A DNA stretch of 49,612 nucleotides, from the NCBI GenBank assembly GCA_964423465.1, contig CAYRFK010000006.1, positions 1 to 49,612 of the forward strand, in the 5' to 3' direction. Under the pieces are notes generated by a model. That model made no database searches and was not told where the DNA came from. It saw only the letters and a list, made by a program, of their open reading frames with translations. The DNA comes from an uncultured Verrucomicrobiota bacterium. Its GTDB lineage: Bacteria > Verrucomicrobiota > Kiritimatiellia > PWTM01. Made by a program: the position numbers and the translations under genes. Positions 1 through 9,651 of the stretch are shown here, in pieces; positions within the stretch are counted from its first letter, which is position 1, and every line of letters begins with the position of its first letter.

Positions 1-1
1 T

Positions 2-601
2 GGAACCATGATCTGGCACTTCTGCCACATCATGGCCGGCGCGCGGATCGGCGAGCGCTGCGTGTTCGGGCAGAACGTAAACGTCGATGGCGGGGTCGTC
101 ATCGGCAACAACGTGAAGGTTCAGAACAACGTGTCCATATATACGGGCACCCGGATCGAGGACGACGTGTTTCTGGGGCCCTCGTGCGTCCTGACGAACG
201 TCACCAATCCGCGCAGCCAGGTGAACCGTCACAGCCTCTACGAGCCGACGCTCATCCGGCGCGGCGCCACGGTCGGCGCCAACGCGACGATCGTCTGCGG
301 CGTCACGCTCGGCCGCTACTGTTTCATTGCCGCCGGCAGCGTGGTGACGAAGGATGTCCCCGACTACGCCTTGGTGATGGGAAACCCTGCGCGGCAGAAA
401 GGCTGGATGAGCCGCCACGGGCATGTGCTGCGGAATCCGGGTGCAGACGGCGCGATGACGTGTCCGGAAAGCGGCCTGCGCTATCGCGAGGTCGAATCGG
501 GCGTCGTGCGGTGCCTGGATCTCGACGAGGACGCCCCTTTGCCGGAGGCGCTGATGAAGGGCGGCCAGGGCTACCGGCAGCTTAAGCAGGAGAGGGCATG
601 A
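2..601 (+). CDS. wbpD: Hexapeptide-repeat N-acetyltransferase, WbpD/WlbB-like (5' truncated by window edge)
   Basis: Left-handed beta-helix repeats (IGERCVFGQNVNV, IGNNVKVQNNVSIY, VFLGPSCVLTNVTNPRS, GATVGANATIVCG); frame is open to the window start. Confidence 0.8.
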   Translation, partial: GTMIWHFCHIMAGARIGERCVFGQNVNVDGGVVIGNNVKVQNNVSIYTGTRIEDDVFLGPSCVLTNVTNPRSQVNRHSLYEPTLIRRGATVGANATIVCGVTLGRYCFIAAGSVVTKDVPDYALVMGNPARQKGWMSRHGHVLRNPGADGAMTCPESGLRYREVESGVVRCLDLDEDAPLPEALMKGGQGYRQLKQERA

Positions 602-620
602 CGGTCGGCGCACGGAGCCG

Positions 621-2102
621 GTGGCCTGCATGACGTCGCGAACGCACAAGGTGTTCGCGCTTTCGTTGGGTCAGGCGATTGCGGCCATGGTGGCGTTGGG
701 GACCGGCATGGTCTTGTCGCGCGAGCTTTCGCAGGCGGACCTTGCGACCTACCGGCAGACCTTTCTCGCCTATGATGTGGCCGGCCCGCTCCTGTCGCTC
801 GGCCTGACGACAGCGCTCTACTACTTTCTGCCGGGCGAGACTCGCCGGGGGCGCGGCGTGATCGTAGACGCGCTTGTGATGATGGCCGTGGTGGGGCTGC
901 TCTACGGCCTGTTCATCCTGCTCGGTGGCAACCGCCTGCTCGCCACGCGCTTCACCAATCCTGCGATCGCCGAGACCCTTCGATATCTGGTGCCCTATCC
1001 GATGGTGATGATGCCCGCCGCGCTCCTGCCGGCGGTCATGGTCGCGCGGGACCGGACGGTGCAGTTGGGTGCGTACAACATAGCGAACGGCCTGGTGCTC
1101 GGCGCGGGGATCATTGCCGTATGCCTCCTGGTAAAGTCGCCTGGGGCCGTGGTGGCGATTCGAGTGTCAATCGCGATCGTGGCCGGGCTGGTGGCGGTGG
1201 CCATGATGCTGCGCGCGGCACCGCGGGACGATGCGCGGCCGGACTGGTCCAACATGAAGGCGATGGTCCGCTACGGTCTGCCGCTGGCCCTTGCCTCGAT
1301 GCTGGGCAGCCTGTGTCTGCAGGTGGACAAGCTCGTCGTTTCTTCGTTGTGCAGCCCTTCGGAGTTTGCCGTGTACTCCAACGGGGCTGTCGAGGTTCCG
1401 ATGATCGGCATGATCACCGGCGCGATTGCGACGGTCGTCCTCGTCGACATGGCCGCCTCGTGCAAGGCTGGCCGGACCGACGAAGCCCTCGCGCTATTTC
1501 ATACCGCCGCAGTGCGGAGTGCGTGGATGCTGTTTCCCGTCGCGATGTTCCTGATGGTCCATGCCGACGATCTCATCATTGTGCTCTTTTCGGCCAAGTA
1601 CGCCGGGAGCGCGGAGCCGTTTCGTGTGCTTCTCGGTCTGCTTCCGGGCCGGATCGTGCTGTACGGGTCGGCGCTGATGGCGCTGGGGATGTCCAGGGTC
1701 GTCCTCTACCGGAGCGTCGGCGATCTGGCGGTCAATGCGGTCCTCTGTTGGGTGCTGGTCCGACACTGGGGCATGATCGGCGGGGCATGGGCCACACTGC
1801 TGATGTTCTTCGGATGGTGCGTGCCCTTCAACCTCGTGGCCATCGGCCGCGGATTCGGATGCGGCTGGCGGAGGGTTCTCCCTCTCCGTCGTCTCGCCGC
1901 GCCGGCGGGGGCCGCGATGCTTGCCGGAGGCGCCGCTTGGGGGCTGGCCCGGACCACGCATTCGCTCGGCCATTTGCTCGCGCTCGGGGCGGGCGCCGCG
2001 GTCTTCGGAGTCGTCTATGCCGTGGTCGTGTGGGGCCTGTCCGGCGAGTTGCGAATGCTGGTACGGACGCGATGGATACAGTTCGCCGGACGCCCAGGCT
2101 GA
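621..2102 (+). CDS. wzx: Wzx-type oligosaccharide flippase
   Basis: About 490 aa with many hydrophobic segments; YGLPLALASMLGSL..QVDKLVVS and EFAVYSNGA patterns; polysaccharide locus context. Confidence 0.85.
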   Translation: MACMTSRTHKVFALSLGQAIAAMVALGTGMVLSRELSQADLATYRQTFLAYDVAGPLLSLGLTTALYYFLPGETRRGRGVIVDALVMMAVVGLLYGLFILLGGNRLLATRFTNPAIAETLRYLVPYPMVMMPAALLPAVMVARDRTVQLGAYNIANGLVLGAGIIAVCLLVKSPGAVVAIRVSIAIVAGLVAVAMMLRAAPRDDARPDWSNMKAMVRYGLPLALASMLGSLCLQVDKLVVSSLCSPSEFAVYSNGAVEVPMIGMITGAIATVVLVDMAASCKAGRTDEALALFHTAAVRSAWMLFPVAMFLMVHADDLIIVLFSAKYAGSAEPFRVLLGLLPGRIVLYGSALMALGMSRVVLYRSVGDLAVNAVLCWVLVRHWGMIGGAWATLLMFFGWCVPFNLVAIGRGFGCGWRRVLPLRRLAAPAGAAMLAGGAAWGLARTTHSLGHLLALGAGAAVFGVVYAVVVWGLSGELRMLVRTRWIQFAGRPG

Positions 2103-2129
2103 CGGCACGACAGGGGGAGGGGGGTGGGC

Positions 2130-2984
2130 ATGCAACTTGAGCAACGCTACTACGAGAACCCGGAATTATGGGCGGATGAGCGTTACGGGGCCGCCGACAG
2201 GGAGCGGGTGGCTGCCGCCGCCGAGCGCATCCCCCCGGGGACCCGATCCCTTCTCGACGTGGGGTGCGGCAACGGCCTGTTCCTGAACTTTCTGCAGAAG
2301 GCGGTCGCGGCGGGGACGTTCGACCGTCTCTGCGGAATGGATCGCAGCCATGCGGCACTGGATGGCGTCGGGGTGGAGAAATGCGCGGCCGACATCACGA
2401 ACCTGCCGTTCGCCGATGCGGAATTCGACGTCGTCACCTGCATGGAAGTCATTGAGCATCTGCCGTACGACTCGCTGGTTCGCGCCCTCGGGGAACTGGC
2501 GAGGGTTGCGCGGCGGAGTGTCATGATCACCGTGCCCTACCGCGAGGATCTGGAGTCCGCTCACGTAGAGTGTCCGGCCTGCCGATGCAGATTTCACCGC
2601 TACTATCACATGCGGGCCTTTGACGAGCGGGCGATCGCAGGATTGATGGATGCGCAGGGGTGTTCCTGTCGCGAGGTTTTCCACCTTCGTCGGGAGAAGC
2701 GCATGCCGCCGCTCTTGCTGCGCGGCATTTCGGCGCTGGCGACGCTGCGCCGCCGTGCGCTCGGTCTCGACGTTCCGCCTCTTGCGGCGGGATGCATCTG
2801 TCCGCTCTGCGGATGGCAGGGTGCCACGGCGTCGTCGGGGCCGGCGGTTCCCGATGTGTCGGGCCGGGCTCCGCCGCGGAGGCGCCGGGCCATGCGATGG
2901 CTGAATATGTCCCGCTCGTGGCACTGGATCGGCGGGCTTTACGATGTGAAGAGGGGAGAGGAGCTTCCGCCATGCGTTTTGTGA
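2130..2984 (+). CDS. Class I SAM-dependent methyltransferase
   Basis: LLDVGCGNG motif I; ADITNLPFADAEFDVVTCMEVIEH; two CxxC pairs. Confidence 0.8.
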   Translation: MQLEQRYYENPELWADERYGAADRERVAAAAERIPPGTRSLLDVGCGNGLFLNFLQKAVAAGTFDRLCGMDRSHAALDGVGVEKCAADITNLPFADAEFDVVTCMEVIEHLPYDSLVRALGELARVARRSVMITVPYREDLESAHVECPACRCRFHRYYHMRAFDERAIAGLMDAQGCSCREVFHLRREKRMPPLLLRGISALATLRRRALGLDVPPLAAGCICPLCGWQGATASSGPAVPDVSGRAPPRRRRAMRWLNMSRSWHWIGGLYDVKRGEELPPCVL

Positions 2985-4045
2985 CGATCGTCGGGGCGCG
3001 ACCTCAGTTCATCAAGGCGGCGCCGCTGGGCGAGGAACTGCGTCATCGCCACGACGTGGTGCTGGTCCACACCGGGCAGCACTACGACGAGAACATGTCG
3101 GAGGTCTTCTTCAGGGAACTCGGCATCCCCGCGCCGGACCGCAATCTGGGCGTCGGTTCCGGGCCGCAGGGCGCGCAGACGGGTGCGATGATGGAACGCA
3201 TCGAGCAGTGCCTCGCGGAGGTCCGCCCCGATGCGATGATCGTTTTCGGCGACACGAACTCGACCATGGCCGGCGCGCTGGCCGCCGTGAAGATGGGTGT
3301 CCCGGTCGCCCACGTCGAAGCGGGTCTTCGCAGCTTCAACCGCTCGATGCCCGAGGAGATCAACCGCGTTGTCACCGATCATGTCTCGACCTGGCTGCTC
3401 GTGCCGTCGCAGAACTCCGCGCGACAGCTGGCCTCGGAGGGCATCATGCGCGGTGTCCACGAGGTCGGGGACATCATGGCCGACACGGTGCGCAAGTTCG
3501 CGCCGAGGGCTGCGCGTCAGTCGGCTGTGCTGGAGCGGATGGGTCTGCGGCCGGGCGGCTATGGCGCGGCGACCGTGCACCGGGCGGCGAATACGGATGA
3601 CGCAGCGCGGCTGGCCGGCATCTTGGAGGGGCTGGGCGCCGTGGGGATGACTGTGGTCCTTCCGCTGCATCCCCGCACGCGGGAGGCAATCCGCCGCCAC
3701 GGGCTGCAGGCGGTCCTCGACCGGCAGTCCGGCAGGGTCCGTATCACGGAACCGCTCGGTTATCTTGACATGCTTCAGCTGCAGCAGAACGCCGCCGTTG
3801 TGCTTACGGATTCGGGGGGCATTCAGAAGGAAGCCTATTACCTGGGCGTGCCGTGTGTGACGATGCGGGACGAAACAGAGTGGACGGAGACCGTGGTCTC
3901 CGGCTGGAATCGCCTGGCCGGGACGGATCCGGCGGCGATCTGCGCGGCCGTCAACGAAGTGTCCTGCCGCCGCGGGACCCCGCGCCCCGATCTGTATGGT
4001 GACGGGCACGCGGCGCGTCGTATCGTGGAGATCCTCGAGTCATGA
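2972..4045 (+). CDS. wecB: Non-hydrolysing UDP-GlcNAc(3NAcA) 2-epimerase (WecB/WbpI)
   Basis: TIVGARPQFIK, HTGQHYD, GDTNST, HVEAGLRSFN, PEEINR, TDSGGIQKEA; ATG 2972 follows GAGGAG. Confidence 0.93.
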   Translation: MRFVTIVGARPQFIKAAPLGEELRHRHDVVLVHTGQHYDENMSEVFFRELGIPAPDRNLGVGSGPQGAQTGAMMERIEQCLAEVRPDAMIVFGDTNSTMAGALAAVKMGVPVAHVEAGLRSFNRSMPEEINRVVTDHVSTWLLVPSQNSARQLASEGIMRGVHEVGDIMADTVRKFAPRAARQSAVLERMGLRPGGYGAATVHRAANTDDAARLAGILEGLGAVGMTVVLPLHPRTREAIRRHGLQAVLDRQSGRVRITEPLGYLDMLQLQQNAAVVLTDSGGIQKEAYYLGVPCVTMRDETEWTETVVSGWNRLAGTDPAAICAAVNEVSCRRGTPRPDLYGDGHAARRIVEILES

Positions 4046-5373
4046 CGGGGGGCGTATCCATCGGATCCGAGATGCGCGGCAGGGTGCTGTTTCTCTCGCG
4101 CGCGTTTCCGCCCGCTCCCTGGGTGGCCGCAGTGCGCACGGGGAACATGGCGCTTTTCCTCCAGAAGGCCGGCTGGCAGGTGGATGTGGTCACCCTCGAT
4201 GCGTCGCTTCTATCGGAAAGCAGCCACGCTGGCGAGCTTGCCCGTGTGCAGTCGGCGGGGGTTCGCATCCGTCCCACGGGATACCGCTGGGCCCTGTTCT
4301 CCGGTGCCGTCCGGTCACCGGGCGGCGCCGCGCGGCGGTTGGCTGCTCGTGTGGCGCAGGCGCTGGTGCAAAGGCTGGAGATCGACGACGGCTTCGGATG
4401 GATCCGGCCGGCCATGGAAGCATGCCGTGATCTCCGCCCGGGCGACGTGAGCGTGGTGATGGCAAGCGGTTCGCCGTTCTTTTCGTTTGGCATTGCCCGC
4501 CGTCTGGCTGCGCGGCTGCGGTGCCCGTATGTGCTCGACTACCGCGATCTCTGGAATCTGTCGCCCCACCACAAGCCCTGCTCTCTGCAGCGGCCCCTCG
4601 AGCGGCGCTGGGCCAGGGATGCGGCCCGCCTGATCTTCGTGTCCCGCGGATGCCTCGAGCCGATGGCGCGCTGGCTCGGCATGCCCGGGCGGATGTGCGT
4701 GGTCAGCAACGGCTACGACGCCGACGAATTCGCGGGCATCGATGCACCGCGCGCCGAGCGGCCCGTCGTGGTGTACGCGGGCCGCTTCTACCCCCCCCTG
4801 CGGGTGCTGACCCCGGTGCTCGCGGCCATGCAAAGGCTGCGTCCCGGCAGCCTGTGTCCGGACTTGCACTACTATGGGCCGCACGGGGCTATGGTGGAGG
4901 GTGAGGCAGGACGTTTCGGCGTCACAGAGCGCGTGCGTGTGTTTGGCCAGGTTTCTCGAAGGGATGTCCTCGTGGCCATCCGGAGGGCATGGGCCGCCGT
5001 GGTGATTACGACGATCGAGGCGGAGGGCTCGGTTGCCGACCAGGGCATTGTGACGGCGAAGGTCTTCGAGCCGATTGGGTTGAGGACGCCGGTGCTGCTC
5101 ATCGCCCCCCGTCACAGCGATGCGCGGGTCATCGTCGAGCAGGCGGACGCGGGCCGGTCCTACACCGGCGATGATACTGAAGGCATCGCGGGCTTCCTGA
5201 CCCGTATCGCCTCCGGCACGGAGCGATTCGGGTTCGCGGGTGCGGATCGGTTTGCTTGGCAGGATATCGGGTGCGGACTGTCCGATATCCTCGGCGAGGT
5301 CGTTCTGGAGGACCGGACGGCGCGCCAGGCCCGGGCGACCGCCATCCGCGTCAGGGGAGGAGATGCCACGTGA
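4042..5373 (+). CDS. Glycosyltransferase family 4
   Basis: VLFLSRAFPP, VLDYRDLW, VVSNGYD, VVYAGRFY, AKVFE; ATGA overlap with upstream gene. Confidence 0.8.
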   Translation: MTGGVSIGSEMRGRVLFLSRAFPPAPWVAAVRTGNMALFLQKAGWQVDVVTLDASLLSESSHAGELARVQSAGVRIRPTGYRWALFSGAVRSPGGAARRLAARVAQALVQRLEIDDGFGWIRPAMEACRDLRPGDVSVVMASGSPFFSFGIARRLAARLRCPYVLDYRDLWNLSPHHKPCSLQRPLERRWARDAARLIFVSRGCLEPMARWLGMPGRMCVVSNGYDADEFAGIDAPRAERPVVVYAGRFYPPLRVLTPVLAAMQRLRPGSLCPDLHYYGPHGAMVEGEAGRFGVTERVRVFGQVSRRDVLVAIRRAWAAVVITTIEAEGSVADQGIVTAKVFEPIGLRTPVLLIAPRHSDARVIVEQADAGRSYTGDDTEGIAGFLTRIASGTERFGFAGADRFAWQDIGCGLSDILGEVVLEDRTARQARATAIRVRGGDAT

Positions 5374-6545
5374 ATCGCGCCGATATTGTGGTGGGCGGCG
5401 ACCTGTGCCCGTTCGGCGGGGTCGCGGGTCCGCTGGCCGAGGGCGATGTCGAGGCGGTCTTTCACGATCTCCTCCCGGTCTTGCGGGATGCCACGTTTGC
5501 GCTGGTAAATCTGGAGTGCCCGCTCACCGACGTGGCCACCCCGATCGCCAAGGCCGGGCCCGTCTATGCCGCCGATCCGCATTGCGCCCCGGGCCTGCGG
5601 CATGCCGGGATCCGCGCAGTCAATCTGGCGAACAACCACATCATGGACCACGGCGCGGACGGGTTGCGGAGGACGATTCGGGCTTGTGCGGCGGCCGGCA
5701 TCGAGGTCGTCGGTGCCGGGCGGAATCTGGCCGAAGCGAGCCGTCTGCTCGTGCGGGACATCGACGGACTTCGCGTGGCGTTCCTCGGCATGGCCGAGCG
5801 GGAGTTCTCCATCGCCGGCACCGACGCATGGGGTGCGCAGCCGCTCGATCTTATCGACTTTCTCCGTATTCTCCGTGACTCGCGCGACACTTTCGACCGG
5901 CTCGTCGTTCTGCTGCACGGCGGTGCGGAGCTTTATCCACTTGCCAGCCCCGGCCTGCAACGAACGTGCCGGTTCCTGGTGGATCAGGGCGCCCACGCCG
6001 TGATCTGCCAGCATTCCCATTGCGCGGGCGCCTGGGAGTCCTATCGCGGCGCTCCGATTGTCTACGGGCAAGGCAATCTGTTACACGATCTGGCCGGGGT
6101 GCCGGACATGTGGTATTCGGGCTATCTCGTGCGCCTTTCTGCATCCGAGGGCGCTCCCGGCCTGTCGATGGAACTGGTTCCGTATGAGGGATCGCGTCAG
6201 GACGGTAGTGTCCGGCGCATGGCCCCGGCCGCAGGAGAACTCTTCCTGGCAGGACTTCGCCGATTGGGGGAGAAGCTTGCCGACCCGGTCGAGCTTGAAC
6301 ATCAATGGCTGCAATTCTGCAGGGAGCAACGAGCGTCCTACTTCAGCCACCTCCGCGGCCATGGCCGATGGATGCGACGGATCAACCGCTACATTGAAAC
6401 GAGCCGCTTCGTCTTCTCCCGAGATGATCTCCTCGCTCTGCTGGACCTGTTCCGGAGCGACACGCATCGCGAGGCACTGGAAGCGATCCTGAATGACGAG
6501 TCCGGTCGCGGTCGGCGAGCGACACATCCCCGGTCGCCCCGATGA
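5370..6545 (+). CDS. CapA/PGA_cap family metallophosphoesterase
   Basis: GGD, VNLECP, NLANNHIMDHG, LHGGAE, QHSH, YGQGN motifs; GTG start overlaps upstream stop. Confidence 0.85.
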   Translation: MNRADIVVGGDLCPFGGVAGPLAEGDVEAVFHDLLPVLRDATFALVNLECPLTDVATPIAKAGPVYAADPHCAPGLRHAGIRAVNLANNHIMDHGADGLRRTIRACAAAGIEVVGAGRNLAEASRLLVRDIDGLRVAFLGMAEREFSIAGTDAWGAQPLDLIDFLRILRDSRDTFDRLVVLLHGGAELYPLASPGLQRTCRFLVDQGAHAVICQHSHCAGAWESYRGAPIVYGQGNLLHDLAGVPDMWYSGYLVRLSASEGAPGLSMELVPYEGSRQDGSVRRMAPAAGELFLAGLRRLGEKLADPVELEHQWLQFCREQRASYFSHLRGHGRWMRRINRYIETSRFVFSRDDLLALLDLFRSDTHREALEAILNDESGRGRRATHPRSPR

Positions 6546-7891
6546 CAACGGTTAACTTCACGCGTCCCGGTCCGCGATGGCATCGCGCGGCCGGTGGCGC
6601 CGGGGTGAACTCCGCGATTCGGTCGGAGACAACCGGTGCGACACAGGGTGACGCGCGCTCGGCGCTGGTTCTGAAGGTTGTCATCGTGGCGACGGCGGCG
6701 ATGTCCTCGATGGCCAGTTCGATCTCGCCGGAGTTTGCGACCCGCGCTCTGAAGATGCTCGGCGCCGTCCTGATCGGCTGTCTTGTCTGGCACTTGCGAC
6801 GCCGCCCGACCATGCTTGCGGAAGTGCGGTTCTACTTTGCCTTCGTCGTGTGGGCGTTTCTCAGCGGGCTTGTCGTCTCAGTGGACTTATCGTTGACGTT
6901 CCGGGCTGCATGGACGGCGACGCAGATGGGGATCCTGTTGTGGGCCGCTACCGTCGCACACCGGGCGAAACCCGATCTCACGGTGATCATGGCCGGAGTT
7001 TGGGCAATCGGGATGTTGCACTCGGGTCTCGCGGTCATGGGACAGGCGGTCGATTCAATCTCCAAAGAGACCGGCGGCCGAATGATTGTCATGGGACAGA
7101 ACCCCAATTCAACGGGACAAATGCTGCTCTTTGCCGGATTCGCAGCCCTGTATCTGGCCGATCGGTTTTCGTCGTGGCTTGTTAAGATTCCGATGTTCGG
7201 CAGCCTCCCGGTGCTCTTCGGACTGCTCCTGTTCACGGGATCACGGAAGATGCTCCTCGGAGCGGTGCTCGTCGGAGGACTCTGGGTTGCCGCGAGCCTC
7301 ATGAGACCTGCGAGAAACCTGCGCGGATTTCTGGGAAAGATCCTCGTGGTCGCGTGCATGGTGACATCGGCGGGAGTCGTCGGGCTATGGTGGGAGGACT
7401 CGCCCGTGGCGCAGCGGTACGAAGAGAGGCATCGCTCGGTGGACGAGAGGATGTCGCTCTACCAGGACGGCCTTTCGTTGTTCGTCGAGAGCCCAGTCGC
7501 CGGAGTGGGTCTGATGAATCAGGTTGTACTCATGTCCGGGGAGGCGCATTGCGATTTCGTCGACGTCCTGTGCTCGACAGGTGCGGTGGGCGCATTCCTG
7601 TACTTCTCGCTCTATGTGGTGGCCGTGATCCGGTCATGGCGCGCGTGGCGGAATCCGCATGAAGCGGCTGCGATCGGACGCCGGTACTTCTACATCTATA
7701 TCGTTCTAATCTTCTGGCTGATGTTCGGATTCTCCCGCTATCTGGATCTGCTGCATATTGTGGTGTTCGGATCGCTGATCGGCGCCATTGCATGGTCGGT
7801 GGATTCCGCCGACGCCGGAGGCGGGGCGACGAAGCCCGGCGTCCCCCTGCGGTTCAGGGGTGTGGCTGCGGCAACCGTCGGGGGGGCGTGA
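6542..7891 (+). CDS. wzy: Wzy O-antigen polymerase/ligase family membrane protein
   Basis: Multi-TM protein; NPNSTG, FTGSRK, R..LYQDGL..F.ESPVAGVG, EAHCDFVDVL.STGAVG (Wzy_C pattern); visibly lower GC. Confidence 0.75.
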   Translation: MTTVNFTRPGPRWHRAAGGAGVNSAIRSETTGATQGDARSALVLKVVIVATAAMSSMASSISPEFATRALKMLGAVLIGCLVWHLRRRPTMLAEVRFYFAFVVWAFLSGLVVSVDLSLTFRAAWTATQMGILLWAATVAHRAKPDLTVIMAGVWAIGMLHSGLAVMGQAVDSISKETGGRMIVMGQNPNSTGQMLLFAGFAALYLADRFSSWLVKIPMFGSLPVLFGLLLFTGSRKMLLGAVLVGGLWVAASLMRPARNLRGFLGKILVVACMVTSAGVVGLWWEDSPVAQRYEERHRSVDERMSLYQDGLSLFVESPVAGVGLMNQVVLMSGEAHCDFVDVLCSTGAVGAFLYFSLYVVAVIRSWRAWRNPHEAAAIGRRYFYIYIVLIFWLMFGFSRYLDLLHIVVFGSLIGAIAWSVDSADAGGGATKPGVPLRFRGVAAATVGGA

Positions 7892-7893
7892 TC

Positions 7894-9642
7894 ATGGGCG
7901 CGATCTTCCTATACGATCCCAATGCGGGGATGGATGTTTCGGGCGCGAAGACGGTCTTCGCCCGCAAAGGTCTGGTGTTGTCCGAGGAAGTGCCGATTGG
8001 GGCATGGCGTCTGCTGTTGTTCGCGAAGATGTTGGGCGGCGGCGCACGGTCGTTTCGTGACAGCCAGGGCCGCTTCGCGTGCGCGGTGGGGACCTTGTCG
8101 TATCGGGGACTGGGTTCCATGAGGTCGGTGGAGCGGCTCTGTCACGATTTCGCGAAGGGGACGATCGACCCCGCCGAATCCGCAGGTGCATATGCGGCGA
8201 TTCTCTGGGATGGCGAACGATTGGCCATGGTTGGCGATCGGCTGCGGATGAAGCACGTGTTCGTCAACGATGCGGGCACCTGCATTTCGACCTCATTCCT
8301 TGCGATGGTTGCGGCATGTGCGGACTCCCAACCCCTGAATCGTCTCGCAGTTCACGAGATGCTGTCCACCGGGTTCGTGGTGGGGCCGGATACTCTGGTG
8401 GGTGGAATTCGGCAGCTCACCGGAGATCAGGACGCATGGATCGAATCGACCGCGGGGATCCGTATCCTGACAGGCGCTGTTCCGGCCGGCGACAGCCCGC
8501 CGCATGGGCGGGACTTCCATGCCAGCGTCGCCGCGCAGATCGAGGTGCTCCGATCGTACGTGCGGAGGACGTCGCCGTTGGTTCTGGAAACGCACGCGGA
8601 GTTGGGGCTGTCGAGCGGCTTCGACAGCCGGCTGGTTCTCTCGATGTACCGCGGCCTTCCGCATCCGCTCCCCCTGCACATCCACCTGACCGTCGGCGTT
8701 CACGAGTCGGAACTGGCGGTCGCGCGCCGGCTGGCCGAGGTCCGGGGGCACGCTCTGAGGACCGTGCCGACGCATCGGATCGAGGATCACGACGAGTCGG
8801 CCCGCCGCCGGATCCTTGCGGACAATCTCTACCTGTTCGACGGACGGTGCATTCACGACATGGGGCACTGCAGCGAGACGTATGGCGCGGAGTACCGCAT
8901 CCGGGTCATGGGGGAGAGCCGGATGAGCCTTCATGGCCTCGGCGGGGAGATCTACCGCAACGTTTACGCCACGCCGCCGGATCGGTTCCGTTGGGCGGAT
9001 TGGGAGGCGTATGCGGTGCTCTTCCCGTTCGCGCGCGAGGCCTGCGGCTCCGACGACGTGTTCGACGCCATGCGAAACCGCCTGCGCGGGAAGGTATCGG
9101 CGCGCCTCGGGACGGACCTGTCGCATCCCGTCGACATGTTGGTCACGCGCCGCTACTACGGACTGGTCCGGATGCCCGCATGCGCCGGGAATGTGGGGGA
9201 TGCGTACCAGCAGGTGTCCGATGTTCTAATGCCGTTCGTCGAGCCGGAGGCGGTTGAGGAGGCCCTCCGCGCGACGCGCCACATCGGCCCCTACGGGGAC
9301 TATGAGGCGGCCATGATCCGGTCGCTGGCGCCCGATTACGCCGCCGTTCCCTCCCAGTACGGGCATGCATTCGATGCCGTGCCGGCCCGGTTCCGGTGGA
9401 AGGCGCGGATGGTCGCCGCGCTGCCGCTCCCGCTTCGGGTCGAGCGCCGCCGCCGGCACGCCGCCGCGGGGGCGCCGGGCGCCGCGCACTCGCAGGGATG
9501 CCTGCGGGAGCTGACGGAGGCGCTGCGCGCGGCCTTCCCCTCGATCGACTGGACCCTCGTGTTCCGCGACGAGAATCAGCGGAGGGTCGGTCTGTTCCTC
9601 GCTTCGTTTCTGACGGAGTTCGGCGGCAAGGTTCGGATCTAG
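7894..9642 (+). CDS. Asparagine synthetase-like amide ligase/amidotransferase
   Basis: LGLSSGFDSRLVL PP-loop; GAYAAILWD..GDRL Ntn-like segment; HGLGGEIYR; lacks the N-terminal Cys. Confidence 0.65.
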   Translation: MGAIFLYDPNAGMDVSGAKTVFARKGLVLSEEVPIGAWRLLLFAKMLGGGARSFRDSQGRFACAVGTLSYRGLGSMRSVERLCHDFAKGTIDPAESAGAYAAILWDGERLAMVGDRLRMKHVFVNDAGTCISTSFLAMVAACADSQPLNRLAVHEMLSTGFVVGPDTLVGGIRQLTGDQDAWIESTAGIRILTGAVPAGDSPPHGRDFHASVAAQIEVLRSYVRRTSPLVLETHAELGLSSGFDSRLVLSMYRGLPHPLPLHIHLTVGVHESELAVARRLAEVRGHALRTVPTHRIEDHDESARRRILADNLYLFDGRCIHDMGHCSETYGAEYRIRVMGESRMSLHGLGGEIYRNVYATPPDRFRWADWEAYAVLFPFAREACGSDDVFDAMRNRLRGKVSARLGTDLSHPVDMLVTRRYYGLVRMPACAGNVGDAYQQVSDVLMPFVEPEAVEEALRATRHIGPYGDYEAAMIRSLAPDYAAVPSQYGHAFDAVPARFRWKARMVAALPLPLRVERRRRHAAAGAPGAAHSQGCLRELTEALRAAFPSIDWTLVFRDENQRRVGLFLASFLTEFGGKVRI

Positions 9643-9651
9643 GAGGACGGT

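Noticed and set aside
5370-6545. Poly-gamma-glutamate capsule synthesis
   Set aside because: No capB/capC in the window; CapA-family domains occur widely in polysaccharide loci.
7894-9642. AsnB-like protein as lasso cyclase for the 61-aa peptide
   Set aside because: It lies 13 kb away inside the glycan operon, no transglutaminase-like B2 protease is present, and the leader has no Thr at the expected -2 position.
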